A stretch of 60,628 nt of DNA, from assembly GCA_040905565.1 (NCBI GenBank), contig JBBDRF010000004.1, forward strand, positions 1-60,628, given 5' to 3'. Position 1 is the first letter of the stretch. Every line of letters starts with the position of its first letter. The notes beneath the pieces were generated by a model. The model worked only from the letters and a program-made list of their open reading frames with translations. It had not been told where the DNA came from and did not search any database. Positions 9,757-19,545 of the stretch are shown here, one piece after another. The stretch comes from Phycisphaeraceae bacterium (GTDB lineage: Bacteria > Planctomycetota > Phycisphaerae > Phycisphaerales > Zrk34). The position numbers and the translations under genes were made by a program.

Positions 9757-10488
9757 TTATCCGGGGAGCCGGGCCGAGGGGCAGTCGGGGGCGAGGGGGC
9801 AATTTTGGCAGTCGGGTTTGCGGGCGTAGCAGGTGCGGCGGCCGTGGAAGATCAGCAGGTGGGCGAGCATTGTCCAGTTCTTCCGCGGGAACAGCTCCGC
9901 AAGATCCTTCTCCACCTTCTTCGGATCAGTATGGTTGGTGAACCCCAGCCGATGCGTGATCCGCTTCACGTGCGTATCCACCACGACGCCTTCATTGATG
10001 CCGAACGCGTTCCCCAGCACCACGTTCGCCGTCTTCCGCGCCACGCCTCGCAGCGTGAGCAGGTCTTCCATCGTCGCCGGCACTTCGCCTGCGAACGTGT
10101 CAGCAATGTCGCGCGAAGCGGAGATGATCGACTTCGCCTTCGACCGAAAAAACCCCGTCGAGCGAACAATCTCCTCCACGTCAGCCGGCTCGGCATCCGC
10201 CAGATCGCGCGGCGTCGGATACCGCTCAAACAGCACCGGCGTCACCATGTTCACCCGCACATCCGTACACTGAGCGGACAGAATCGTGGCAATCAAAAGC
10301 TGATACGCGTTCGCGTGCTTCAGCTCGCAGTGGGCGTCGGGATAGGTCTTGAGCAGCTTCCGGTAAACCCGCTGAGCCCGCTTCGCTCGGGCCTGCTGAT
10401 CCTCGGCGATCGCAGAACCACCGGCAGTGGGCGTAACATGAGAAGACCGGCGACGGGTTGAGGGGGTTGTGGGGGGGGCGGGGACCAT
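9757..10488 (-). CDS. nth: Endonuclease III
   Basis: ILSAQCTD, HhH LRGVARKTANVV, VVDTHV, C-x6-C-x2-C-x5-C cluster; start uncertain. Confidence 0.93.
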   Translation of the reverse strand: MVPAPPTTPSTRRRSSHVTPTAGGSAIAEDQQARAKRAQRVYRKLLKTYPDAHCELKHANAYQLLIATILSAQCTDVRVNMVTPVLFERYPTPRDLADAEPADVEEIVRSTGFFRSKAKSIISASRDIADTFAGEVPATMEDLLTLRGVARKTANVVLGNAFGINEGVVVDTHVKRITHRLGFTNHTDPKKVEKDLAELFPRKNWTMLAHLLIFHGRRTCYARKPDCQNCPLAPDCPSARLPG

Positions 10489-10571
10489 CGGTTGATTGTA
10501 CCATCGTGCAGCGGGCGGGGCCGGGGCGGGGAATCGACGGTCATTGCGACTTTCAGAGGACGTGTTTTTCG

Positions 10572-11345
10572 ATGCTTGAGTTGACGCCGAGTCTGAGTGT
10601 GACCCTTGCCCCGCTGGTGCGGCTGAGCGGCAGCGTGCCCCGCGCCATCGGCGAGGCGGCCGACGCGGGTTTCCACAGCGTGCAGCTCTCCGCCGCCACG
10701 CCCGGCATCCGGCCACGCGAACTGGGCAAACGGGCGAGGCGCGACGTGCTGGCCCTGCTGGCACGGCGGGGGCTCGCCCTAGGCGGGATCGACCTGATGA
10801 TCCCCCATAAGGACTGGCTCAGCGGCAGCACGCAGGACCGCGCCATGACCGCCGCCACCGCCGCCATCGAACTCGCCGCCGACTGGGGCAAGGTGCCGCT
10901 CGCCATGACCCTGCCCGTCGAGCGCCTCCCCGAAGAAATTCAGCGCGAACTGCTCACCGCGGCCGACGCGCACGGCGTGCTCCTGGCGATCCATGCTGAA
11001 CATGATGTGAAGGCCCTGCAGGCATGGCTCGAGCGGGAGGATCAACCCGTCCTCGCCGCCGCCATCGATCCCGCCGCCCTGCTGGCGAAGGGGGACGATC
11101 CCGCCGACGTGGCGATCTCCCTGGCGCGCTGGGTGCGCGTGGCGAAGCTGGACGACTATTCAAACGTCAGCACCCTCGGCTCAGGCGGCCGCTGCGCCCT
11201 CGGCCAGGGCGAACTGGATCTCGACCATTACCGGGCGGCGCTGGCGACATGCAGTAAGCTGCGGGCGATGGTGCTGGACCTGCGCGATCTTGAAGACGTG
11301 CGACAGGCCATGGACCATGCCCAGCAGGTGTGGGAGGTTTATTAA
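10572..11345 (+). CDS. Sugar-phosphate isomerase/epimerase-like TIM-barrel protein
   Basis: [11 protein letters not shown] and [11 protein letters not shown] segments typical of the AP_endonuc_2 family. Confidence 0.65.
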   Translation: MLELTPSLSVTLAPLVRLSGSVPRAIGEAADAGFHSVQLSAATPGIRPRELGKRARRDVLALLARRGLALGGIDLMIPHKDWLSGSTQDRAMTAATAAIELAADWGKVPLAMTLPVERLPEEIQRELLTAADAHGVLLAIHAEHDVKALQAWLEREDQPVLAAAIDPAALLAKGDDPADVAISLARWVRVAKLDDYSNVSTLGSGGRCALGQGELDLDHYRAALATCSKLRAMVLDLRDLEDVRQAMDHAQQVWEVY

Positions 11346-11371
11346 GATGCGAAATAGAAATCGAGTGTGAC

Positions 11372-12388
11372 ATGGCGCGTGATTATTATGACATCCTCGG
11401 CGTGGGGCGGTCGGCTGAGCCGGACGTCATCAAAAAAGCCTATCGGCGGCTCGCGAAGAAGCTGCACCCCGACGTGAACAGTGACGACCCTGAAGCAGCG
11501 ACCAAATTCGGCGAGCTTCAGGAAGCGTACGACGTGCTGGGCGATGCCGAGAAACGCAAGCTATACGACAAGTACGGTCACGCTGGCGTCCATGGCACCG
11601 ACGCGGGCGCAGGTGGCGGCGGGCCTCGCGCGCAGCAGGATCCGTTCTCCGGCTACGGCCGCGCCACCTCCAACGCCGGGCCCGGCGGCTTCAGCTTCCG
11701 CTACGAAGACACCGGCGACATCGGCGATATCTTCGAACAAATGTTCGGCGGCCGCGCCGGCAGCCAACGCCAACGCGCCACAGGCGGCGGACCATTCGGG
11801 TTCGGCGGCGGCGGGGCAGGAGCCCAGGCGCGACCGCAAAAAGGTCAAGACATCGAACACACCATCACCGTCCCCTTCGAAAAAGCCACCAGCGGCGGCA
11901 CCGTTTCCCTTCGCCTGGCCGGCGGACCGGCGGGCACGCAAACCGTCGACGTCCGCATCCCCAAGGGCGTCGCCGAGGGTGCGAAGCTGCGCCTGCGCGG
12001 CAAAGGGGCTCCCTCGACCACGGGCAGCGAACCGGGCGATCTCATCCTCACCGTCAAGGTCGCAGCCCACCCCTACTTCAAACGGCAGGGGCTGGACCTC
12101 TACGTCGATGTCCCCGTCTCCATCGATGAAGCCGTCTTCGGCACCACCATCGATGTCCCCACGCTGGCGGGCAAAGTGGGCCTGAAGATCCCGCCCGGCA
12201 CCGGCAGCGGTCGCAAGCTTCGCCTCCGCGGCCGAGGCATCGAGAACACCAAGGGCGACACCGGCGATCTCTACGCCGTCGTCCAGGTCGACGTCCCCAA
12301 GGAACTCACCGACGACCAACGCGAACTGCTGGAGCAACTCAAAGACAAGCTCCCCAACCCCCGCAAGCACCTGCCCTGGCACGCGTAG
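11372..12388 (+). CDS. DnaJ-class co-chaperone without zinc finger (CbpA-like)
   Basis: J-domain with HPD, G/F-rich linker, DnaJ C-terminal domain, no CxxCxGxG repeats. Confidence 0.92.
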   Translation: MARDYYDILGVGRSAEPDVIKKAYRRLAKKLHPDVNSDDPEAATKFGELQEAYDVLGDAEKRKLYDKYGHAGVHGTDAGAGGGGPRAQQDPFSGYGRATSNAGPGGFSFRYEDTGDIGDIFEQMFGGRAGSQRQRATGGGPFGFGGGGAGAQARPQKGQDIEHTITVPFEKATSGGTVSLRLAGGPAGTQTVDVRIPKGVAEGAKLRLRGKGAPSTTGSEPGDLILTVKVAAHPYFKRQGLDLYVDVPVSIDEAVFGTTIDVPTLAGKVGLKIPPGTGSGRKLRLRGRGIENTKGDTGDLYAVVQVDVPKELTDDQRELLEQLKDKLPNPRKHLPWHA

Positions 12389-12410
12389 CGATTCGCCCAT
12401 GAGCCGCGCC

Positions 12411-12546
12411 CGTCTCAAAGCGCTGAATACGAGCCGCGACCGTAAGGGAGCGGTTGTGCGCCAAGACTTCGCGCACGCCGTGTATACGAAAGGTGGCCTC
12501 GGCTACCGGCGAAAATCAACGACTTAGCAACAGATGAAAAAGACTG
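12411..12546 (+). repeat. 136-bp unit (family A REP at 12429-12454 plus tail), copy 2
   Basis: Direct repeat of 8934-9069. Confidence 0.92.
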
Positions 12547-12768
12547 GTGAGGGAGCGGCCGGCTCAACGCCAGGGCCGACACTGGGAGGTGCGATCGCCC
12601 ATCATGGCTGCTACCAAAGGCTGCACGCGCGCCGCGAACATCGTTTCGACGATGCCCTGGGGCGCCACGACCGTTTACTGACGTACCCCGCTCACCGAAG
12701 CGCGCCTGCGTCGAAATTCGCTACAATATGCGGTTCCTTTTCAACCGCCTTTTCAGGAAACAACGGCT

Positions 12769-15700
12769 ATGAGCGAGTCGGACGCCAGGGCGTACGATGC
12801 GAAATCGGTGCAGGATTCAGTGTGGCAACGCTGGGAGGCGACGCGTGCCTTTCACGCCGTCCCCGACGCTGAGCGCAATCCGTATGCGATCGTCATCCCC
12901 CCGCCGAACGTCACCGCAGCCCTGCACATGGGCCACGCGCTGAACAACACGCTTCAGGACGTGCTCGTCCGCTGGCGTCGCATGGTTGGTGACAACGCCG
13001 TCTGGATCCCCGGCACCGACCACGCAGGCATCGCCACACAGACCGTCGTCGACAAACGTCTGCAGCAGGAAGGCGAGCCGGCCCTCAAAGACTACAAGAA
13101 GATGGAAGCCGAGGGCGGGCCCGGCCGTGAGCAGTTCATCGGCAAGGTGCAGGCCTGGAAGGACGAATACGAACGCCGTATCACCGAACAGCTCAAGGCC
13201 ATGGGCTGTTCGTGCGATTTCGATCGTCAGCGGTTCACCATGGACGACGTCTGCGCCGCCGCCGTGCGCGAGGGGTTCTTCAAGCTCTTCAAAGAGGGCC
13301 TGATCTATCGCGGCAAACGGCTGGTCAACTGGGACCCCGTCAGCCAGACCGCCCTGGCTGACGACGAAGTCGAGATGCGCGACATCGATGGCCACTTCTG
13401 GTACATGCGCTATCCGGTCGTCGACGAAGCCGGCAACGACGTCGGCGAAACCGTCACCGTCGCCACCACCCGCCCCGAAACCATGCTCGGCGACACAGCC
13501 GTCGCGGTGAACCCCAAAGACACGCAAAATGCCGCACTGATCGGTAAGTCCGTCCGCCTGCCCATCGTCAACCGCATCATCCCCATCGTGGGCGACGACC
13601 ACGTCGTGATCGCCGATCCCGACAGCGACGATGTGAAAGCCAAGTATGCGTCCGGCTTCCTGAAGGTCACCCCCGCCCACGATCAGAACGACTACGAAAT
13701 CGGGCAACGCCACGACCTCGCCGTCATCAACGTGATGGCCCCCGACGGGTCGATCAGCCGTGAGCACGGTTGGCCGGCTGAGGAGTGGGAAGGCGAGAAG
13801 GTCGATGCGTTCGCGCACGATCTGATCGGGCTGGACCGTTACGAAGCACGTGAAGCGATCGTCGACTGGTTCCGCACGCACGACCTGCTCGCCGAGGTGC
13901 GGCCGTACTCGCACAGCGTCGGCCACAGCTACCGCAGCCACGTCCCCATCGAGCCCTACCTGAGCGATCAGTGGTACGTCAAAGTCACCGACGACCGCCT
14001 CTCCGGCGCCGCCCTCCGCGCCATGGCCCCGGAACAATACACGCCGTCGACCACGAGCCGCGACCGTAAGGGAGCGGTCCGGGCCGGGGAGACCAATACG
14101 TATCTCATCACCTTCACGACCTATGGCACCTGGCTCCACGGCGACGACCGCGGCTCGGTGGACCGTGACAATGCCTTGCCCGGCGAGCCGGTGCTGGCGA
14201 GGCATGAAGGGCGAGAGGAGTTTGAGCACGACGCCCTGGCGGGTGAGCCGGTCACGCTGGGGGCGGCCGAGCGAGAGGCCGTCCATGCTGCCGTTCAAGA
14301 GGTCTGCGAGCATCGGGGTTGGGATCTGCTCGCGCTGAACGTACGAACCAATCACCTTCATGCCGTCGTTGAAGCAGGCCAAACGCCCGAACGCGTCATG
14401 ATCGACTTCAAAGCGTACGCAACGCGCCGGCTGGTGGAGCGGGGATTCATGCAGAAGGAAACGCGCGTGTGGACACGTCACGGCAGCACGCGCTATCTGA
14501 ACGAGTCGGCCTCGATCGAAGCGGCGTGCCGATACGTGACCGACGAGCAGGGCGTGGATCTGACCGAAGCGACCGACGAGCGCACAACCGCTCCCTCACG
14601 GTCGCGGCTCGTTGTCGAGCCACCCACGTCGTCCACTACGAGCCGCGACCGTAAGGGAGCGGTCCCGACCGACGACGCGCAGACCGGCCTTCGCTTCTAC
14701 CCCGAACGCTATGCGAAGACGTTTCAGAGTTGGCACGAAAACATCCGCGACTGGTGCATCTCCCGGCAGCTGTGGTGGGGGCATCGGATTCCCGTCTGGA
14801 CGGTTGCGCCCGAGTTGCGCTTCGAGAACTATGACAATTTCCCAGATTACGCCGCAGACACTGAAGCGTATACGGAAGAACTGCAACGTAGATTTGATCA
14901 ACTTTCGAACGCCCTCAAGCTTGAGGAAGCATTTTGTGTCAGCACGGAATGGCGTGAGGCTGAATGCACAGTTTCGGTTTGCACGCGTTGCGATCGAGCA
15001 GATAAGACGATGCGGATTCTCCAATCGTTCATTTCCGGCTCCCGCGATGTCCCCCTAGGCTTTTTTGAAGACAGCACAACTCAAGCGGCTGCCGCGTCGG
15101 TGATGGAAATGATCGAGCATAATGCGACTTTATTCACCCGCGACCCCGACGTCCTCGACACCTGGTTCTCCTCTGGCCTGTGGCCGATCTCTACTTTGGG
15201 GTGGCCGAATCCCGAAGCGTTCCCTGAAGCGTTTGCGGGGGATCCGTCGGCGGGGGCGGCTTTGGAGCAGTGGAATCCGTCGTCGACGCTTTGCACCGCT
15301 CGCGAGATCATCACGCTATGGGTTTCGCGGATGGTCATGTTCAACCTGTTTTTCCGCGGCTGCCTGCCGTTCCGTGACGTGTTCATCCATGCGATGATCC
15401 AGGACGGCGAGGGGCAGAAGATGAGCAAATCGCTGGGCAACGGCGTCGACCCGCTGGACATCATCGACCTCCACGGTGCCGATGCGATGCGGTTCGTGCT
15501 GGCGAAGATGACGACGCAGACGCAGGATGTCCGCATGCCCGTCGACGTCGTCTGCCCGCACACCGGCGAAGCCTTCCAGCCGAAGATGACCACCACGGCA
15601 GCAGGGCATCGCGTCGCAGCGCCGATCCAGAGTTGCCCGACCGATCCCTCAAAGAAGATGGTCACCAGCTTCGGCTTTTCGTCGGGGCAGGCGAAGCCGA

Positions 15701-16698
15701 CTGATGAGATGCCGCTGGCGAGGAACACGAGCACGAAGTTTGAAGAGGGACGGAACTTCGCGAACAAGATCTGGAACGCCGGCCGATTCGTGATGGGCAA
15801 GCTTCGCGATGGCGGCAGCAAAACCGGCGACGGCACGCACGGCGCTTCACTTGCCGACCGGTGGATCCTCTCGCGCCTGGCGCGCACCATCGCCCACGTC
15901 GACCGCTCGCTCGGCAACTACCAGTTCAGCGGCTACGCGCAGGGCGTGTACGACTTCATCTGGCGCGATTACTGCGACTGGTACCTTGAAGCAATCAAAC
16001 CCGTCGTCGACAAAGACGACGTCGACGGCGCCGCGACGCGTGCCGTCGCAGCGGCCGGCCTTGATGCGATCCTGCGATTGCTGCAACCGGTGATGCCGTT
16101 CGTGAGCGAGCAGATGTGGCAGCAGCTTAACGCCGTGCAGCAGGAGCGTGCCGTGCCGGGCGTGTCGCTTGAACCGGCCCAGCAGTGCATGACCGCAGCT
16201 TGGCCTCGCGCTGAAGCGGAAGTGATCGACGAAGACGCGGAGGCGGCGTTCGAACTGGTGCGCGAGGTGGTGACAGCCGTCCGCAACGTTCGCAACCAAT
16301 ACGGCGTGCGGCCGCGCAAGCCGATGACCATCAGCGTCAAGGCCGCTGGCGAAACGGCCACGGTGCTGACCGATGCGAAAGAGCTGCTCGCCGCCCTGGC
16401 CCTCGTCGAGGTGCGGGAGATCGGCGCGGCGGCGGAACCGGCGGGCGACGCAGCCACCTCGGTCGTCGGCGAGATGGAAATCTACGTCGAAGGGCTGATC
16501 GATCCCGGCGCAGAGCGTGAACGGCTCAGCAAACGGCTCGAGGAACTCAACAAATCCCGCGGCGCGCTCAGCGGTCGGCTTAACAACCCAGGCTATACGC
16601 AGAAAGCGCCGGAGCACCTGGTCCAGCAGACACGCGATCAACTGGCGGAAGTCGAACGCGAAATCGTGACGATCGAATCGAAGCTGGCGGCGCTCTAA
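12769..16698 (+). CDS. valS: Valine--tRNA ligase with in-frame transposase-domain insertion
   Basis: PPPNVT-LHMGH, DHAGIATQ, TTRPET, DWCISRQLWWGHRIP, DVLDTWFSS, KMSKS, C-terminal coiled coil; 1309 aa is much longer than a typical ValRS. Confidence 0.97.
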   Translation: MSESDARAYDAKSVQDSVWQRWEATRAFHAVPDAERNPYAIVIPPPNVTAALHMGHALNNTLQDVLVRWRRMVGDNAVWIPGTDHAGIATQTVVDKRLQQEGEPALKDYKKMEAEGGPGREQFIGKVQAWKDEYERRITEQLKAMGCSCDFDRQRFTMDDVCAAAVREGFFKLFKEGLIYRGKRLVNWDPVSQTALADDEVEMRDIDGHFWYMRYPVVDEAGNDVGETVTVATTRPETMLGDTAVAVNPKDTQNAALIGKSVRLPIVNRIIPIVGDDHVVIADPDSDDVKAKYASGFLKVTPAHDQNDYEIGQRHDLAVINVMAPDGSISREHGWPAEEWEGEKVDAFAHDLIGLDRYEAREAIVDWFRTHDLLAEVRPYSHSVGHSYRSHVPIEPYLSDQWYVKVTDDRLSGAALRAMAPEQYTPSTTSRDRKGAVRAGETNTYLITFTTYGTWLHGDDRGSVDRDNALPGEPVLARHEGREEFEHDALAGEPVTLGAAEREAVHAAVQEVCEHRGWDLLALNVRTNHLHAVVEAGQTPERVMIDFKAYATRRLVERGFMQKETRVWTRHGSTRYLNESASIEAACRYVTDEQGVDLTEATDERTTAPSRSRLVVEPPTSSTTSRDRKGAVPTDDAQTGLRFYPERYAKTFQSWHENIRDWCISRQLWWGHRIPVWTVAPELRFENYDNFPDYAADTEAYTEELQRRFDQLSNALKLEEAFCVSTEWREAECTVSVCTRCDRADKTMRILQSFISGSRDVPLGFFEDSTTQAAAASVMEMIEHNATLFTRDPDVLDTWFSSGLWPISTLGWPNPEAFPEAFAGDPSAGAALEQWNPSSTLCTAREIITLWVSRMVMFNLFFRGCLPFRDVFIHAMIQDGEGQKMSKSLGNGVDPLDIIDLHGADAMRFVLAKMTTQTQDVRMPVDVVCPHTGEAFQPKMTTTAAGHRVAAPIQSCPTDPSKKMVTSFGFSSGQAKPTDEMPLARNTSTKFEEGRNFANKIWNAGRFVMGKLRDGGSKTGDGTHGASLADRWILSRLARTIAHVDRSLGNYQFSGYAQGVYDFIWRDYCDWYLEAIKPVVDKDDVDGAATRAVAAAGLDAILRLLQPVMPFVSEQMWQQLNAVQQERAVPGVSLEPAQQCMTAAWPRAEAEVIDEDAEAAFELVREVVTAVRNVRNQYGVRPRKPMTISVKAAGETATVLTDAKELLAALALVEVREIGAAAEPAGDAATSVVGEMEIYVEGLIDPGAERERLSKRLEELNKSRGALSGRLNNPGYTQKAPEHLVQQTRDQLAEVEREIVTIESKLAAL
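14041..14665 (+). mobile_element. REP-flanked Y1/HUH transposase (IS200-like, RAYT-type) domain embedded in frame in valS
   Basis: YLITFTTYGTWLHGD, HUH motif NHLH (14350-14361), DFKAYATR, VWTRHGSTRYL, Tyr in RYVTDEQ (14533-14535); family A REPs at 14053-14078 (+), 14587-14612 (-), 14638-14663 (+). Confidence 0.88.
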
Positions 16699-16753
16699 GC
16701 GGGCGAAGAAGTCGTCGCGACAATTAGCCGACGCCCTACGGGCGGCCGGGAAA

Positions 16754-16779
16754 ATCGCTCCCTCACGGTCGCGGCTTGG
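16754..16779 (-). repeat. REP family A copy
   Basis: atcgctccctcacggtcgcggcttgg just after valS. Confidence 0.8.
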
Positions 16780-16847
16780 TGTCGGGCCTTGGTGGGTTGT
16801 CGGCCGCGGCTCCTGTTTCGGCACGGGCTTTGCAAACTACCCTTTTC

Positions 16848-17381
16848 ATGGAATCCCCCTTGGCGATCATCGGGCTAATTTCGGACAGTCATGGCAGCGC
16901 GGGCGTCACGGCTCGGGCGGTGGCGGCGTTGGTGGACGCGGAACCGCTGGACATGCTCGTGCACCTGGGGGATATCGGCTCGGAACAGGTCATCGATGCG
17001 ATGGCGGTGGGGCTTGATGCGGGGGGTGGGCTTGTGCCGCCTGTGCGGATTGTTTTCGGAAATACCGATTATGACACCGCTTCTTTGAGCCGATACGCAC
17101 GTACGTTGGGCGTGATTGTCGACGACATTGCCGGCCGATTGACGCTGGACGGCAAGACGATCGTCTATACCCACGGCGACCGGGCTCAGCTGGTTCAGGA
17201 TGCTTTGGATGAGGGCGTGGACTATCTGCTGCACGGTCACACCCACCGCGCCACCGATCGGCGTGTCGGCCGAACGCGGGTGATCAATCCCGGGGCGTTG
17301 CATCGGGCGTCAAGCTATACCGCTGCACTGTTGGATGTCGCTGCGGACCGCCTGCGATTTGTGCAGGTGCCGAAAGCGTAG
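16848..17381 (+). CDS. Metallophosphoesterase, YfcE family
   Basis: SDSH, HLGD, GNTD, THG, HGHTH, INPG. Confidence 0.9.
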   Translation: MESPLAIIGLISDSHGSAGVTARAVAALVDAEPLDMLVHLGDIGSEQVIDAMAVGLDAGGGLVPPVRIVFGNTDYDTASLSRYARTLGVIVDDIAGRLTLDGKTIVYTHGDRAQLVQDALDEGVDYLLHGHTHRATDRRVGRTRVINPGALHRASSYTAALLDVAADRLRFVQVPKA

Positions 17382-17469
17382 GCAGGCTCGTAAGGGAATC
17401 GCCCTTTTTCCGATCTGATTCGAAACTGCTATGATTCACACAAGTTTCCACGCACCGCCCGGACCCGTC

Positions 17470-17991
17470 ATGAGCGAACTTGAGCACACCGAAGCCGAAC
17501 AGGAAGTGCAGATTCGCACCTACCGCACCGAAGACGACGCGGCGGTGCGACGGCTGTACCACAGCGGCAGGCTGATGGGGCAGGTGCAGCCACAGGACGA
17601 CACAGCCGACATCGAAGACATTCCCGCTGCCTACCTCGAACCGGCCCGCGGCCACTTCTGGGTCGCCGAAATCGAACAGCGGCCCGTCGGCATCATCGGC
17701 GTCTGGGAAGATGAGCCTGATGTGGCGGAGATTCGCCGACTGCGCGTCGACCCTGCCTTTGTCGGGCACGGCGTGACGACGAAGCTGATGGAAACGGCCC
17801 TCGCCTTCTGCCGCCGCGAAGCCTACCTCAAGGTCATCCTCGATACCCGCATCGAACACGGCCCGGCCATGCGGCTGTTCGAACGCTTCGCCTTCCAGCA
17901 CACACGCACCCGAAGCGTCGGCGGGAAAGACCTGCTCGAGTTCTACATGGACCTCTACCACGAGCCCCGCAACGAAGATTACGGGCAGTGA
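17470..17991 (+). CDS. GNAT acetyltransferase
   Basis: AEIRRLRVDPAFVGHGV and AMRLFERFAF GNAT motifs. Confidence 0.85.
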   Translation: MSELEHTEAEQEVQIRTYRTEDDAAVRRLYHSGRLMGQVQPQDDTADIEDIPAAYLEPARGHFWVAEIEQRPVGIIGVWEDEPDVAEIRRLRVDPAFVGHGVTTKLMETALAFCRREAYLKVILDTRIEHGPAMRLFERFAFQHTRTRSVGGKDLLEFYMDLYHEPRNEDYGQ

Positions 17992-18263
17992 TTCGCAGCT
18001 GCCTTGGCGAGCGGGAAGCGTAAGCGACCGTCCGTCTGCCGCTGCGACCCGCTGCGTGCCTACTGGTGAGCAAAGCTGTTCATCTGCACCCCCCTGCCAC
18101 GCCGTTTGAAGCGATGGTTACGCCAGGCTCAGACCTGATCGTTCTGCCGGACAGTCGCTCACGCTTCCTGCTCGCCAAACCCAGCGAGCCCCGGGAATCG
18201 ACGAATTTTCTTTCCGTTGCGCGCGCTCAATGCCTAGAATCCGGGTGAGAGGAGAATTCACCA

Positions 18264-18620
18264 ATGGTTTATCAGCATCCTGAGCATGAGCACCGCCACG
18301 GCCCGGCGTGTGGGCATACAGCGATCCGGCACGCGAACCACGTCGACTACGTGCACGACGGGCACCTGCATCATCCGGTGACCGGCGACAACGTTGAAGA
18401 ACACAAACTGGACGTGAGCGATCGAAACCCCGACCGGTGCGAGCCGACTTCGCACGGGCACCCCGACGATCATGTTCACGGCCCCGGCTGCGGACACGAA
18501 GCCGTCCCGCACGGCGAGCATGTGTGTTACCTGGTGGACGGGCGACTGCACCATCCACACGGCGACCACTGCGACGACCACGGCGAAGTGGAAGTCGTCC
18601 AAAAAGCTGCCCAGTTGTAG
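18264..18620 (+). CDS. His/Cys-rich putative metal-binding protein with internal duplication
   Basis: Two HxHGPxCGHxAxxHxxHVxYxxDGxLHHP units; GAGGAG Shine-Dalgarno upstream. Confidence 0.8.
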   Translation: MVYQHPEHEHRHGPACGHTAIRHANHVDYVHDGHLHHPVTGDNVEEHKLDVSDRNPDRCEPTSHGHPDDHVHGPGCGHEAVPHGEHVCYLVDGRLHHPHGDHCDDHGEVEVVQKAAQL

Positions 18621-18644
18621 GGAAGCCGCGGCCGCCGTCAGCGG

Positions 18645-19487
18645 TTAATGCGACTGTTCGTTCAGCGACCAGTCGTAACCGAGGTAGCCGATGACGTAGG
18701 GCTTAGTGCGAAGCGACGCGGCTGTGGCGCCGTCGACGTATCGACTGACGAACTCGATCACGCCGAGGTCTTCCGCCCGGCGTGTGCCGAGATCGTCGGC
18801 GCGCGTGGGCGCATAGCTGCGGAAGTCCGCCGCGTACCAGTGGAAGATCGGCGAAAGCTTGATCACGCCGAGCGTGCGGTTGATTTGAAAATAGCGTCCG
18901 TCGGCGAAGAAGCGTTCAGTCTGCGCGTCCAGTTGTTCTTCGAGCACGCCGCCGCGGTAGGGTTCGTTGAGCAGGGGCGGGCACCCGATGGAAGCACAGT
19001 TCACAGCCATGTGGAAACGCGGCTCGTCATAGTCAACGCTGAGCCAGCCCTTTTCGATGGCGTCCAGCGTGTACGCCTCCCCCATCAGATCGAACGTGAG
19101 CGAGGTCCAGACGCCCGGGATCTGCCGAATGCTGTTGCGCGGATATCGCAAGCTGCTCAACAGCGAACCCTGAATCGGGTAGTGGTCGATGATCGCCTTC
19201 AGCGTGAACGCATTGTAAGCGTTGATGAGCAGGGCGATCTGCTCATCCTCGGGCCAGGCGTCGAAGGTGGTGCGGTCCAACTGGGCGAGCTGATCGAGGT
19301 ACGCTTTGAGCTGGTAGGGCTTGGTTTTGAGACCGGCGTAATCGACCAGCCCCTCGCCGTCGACGAAAGTTTCGAGCACAATCGCGTAAGGCGCATCGGT
19401 GTAAGCACCATCCTGCGCAGCGGCGGGCGAAGCGGTCGGCAGCAGCACGGCGGCGATCACGAACAGAACCAGCGGCAGGCGTCTCAT
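18645..19487 (-). CDS. DUF547-family exported protein
   Basis: Signal peptide, INAYNA, EPRFHMAVNCASIGCPPL, YDWSLN. Confidence 0.88.
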   Translation of the reverse strand: MRRLPLVLFVIAAVLLPTASPAAAQDGAYTDAPYAIVLETFVDGEGLVDYAGLKTKPYQLKAYLDQLAQLDRTTFDAWPEDEQIALLINAYNAFTLKAIIDHYPIQGSLLSSLRYPRNSIRQIPGVWTSLTFDLMGEAYTLDAIEKGWLSVDYDEPRFHMAVNCASIGCPPLLNEPYRGGVLEEQLDAQTERFFADGRYFQINRTLGVIKLSPIFHWYAADFRSYAPTRADDLGTRRAEDLGVIEFVSRYVDGATAASLRTKPYVIGYLGYDWSLNEQSH

Positions 19488-19545
19488 GGCGGCGCGTCTC
19501 TCAATGAAGGGCGGAAACGCGCACAGTGTACCCGCAGCACACCCC

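Noticed and set aside
14041..14665. Intein or group I/II intron (IStron) as the explanation for the valS insert
   Set aside because: No Cys/Ser start or His-Asn end, no LAGLIDADG motif, and the insert is fully occupied by the transposase ORF and REPs, leaving no room for a ribozyme core
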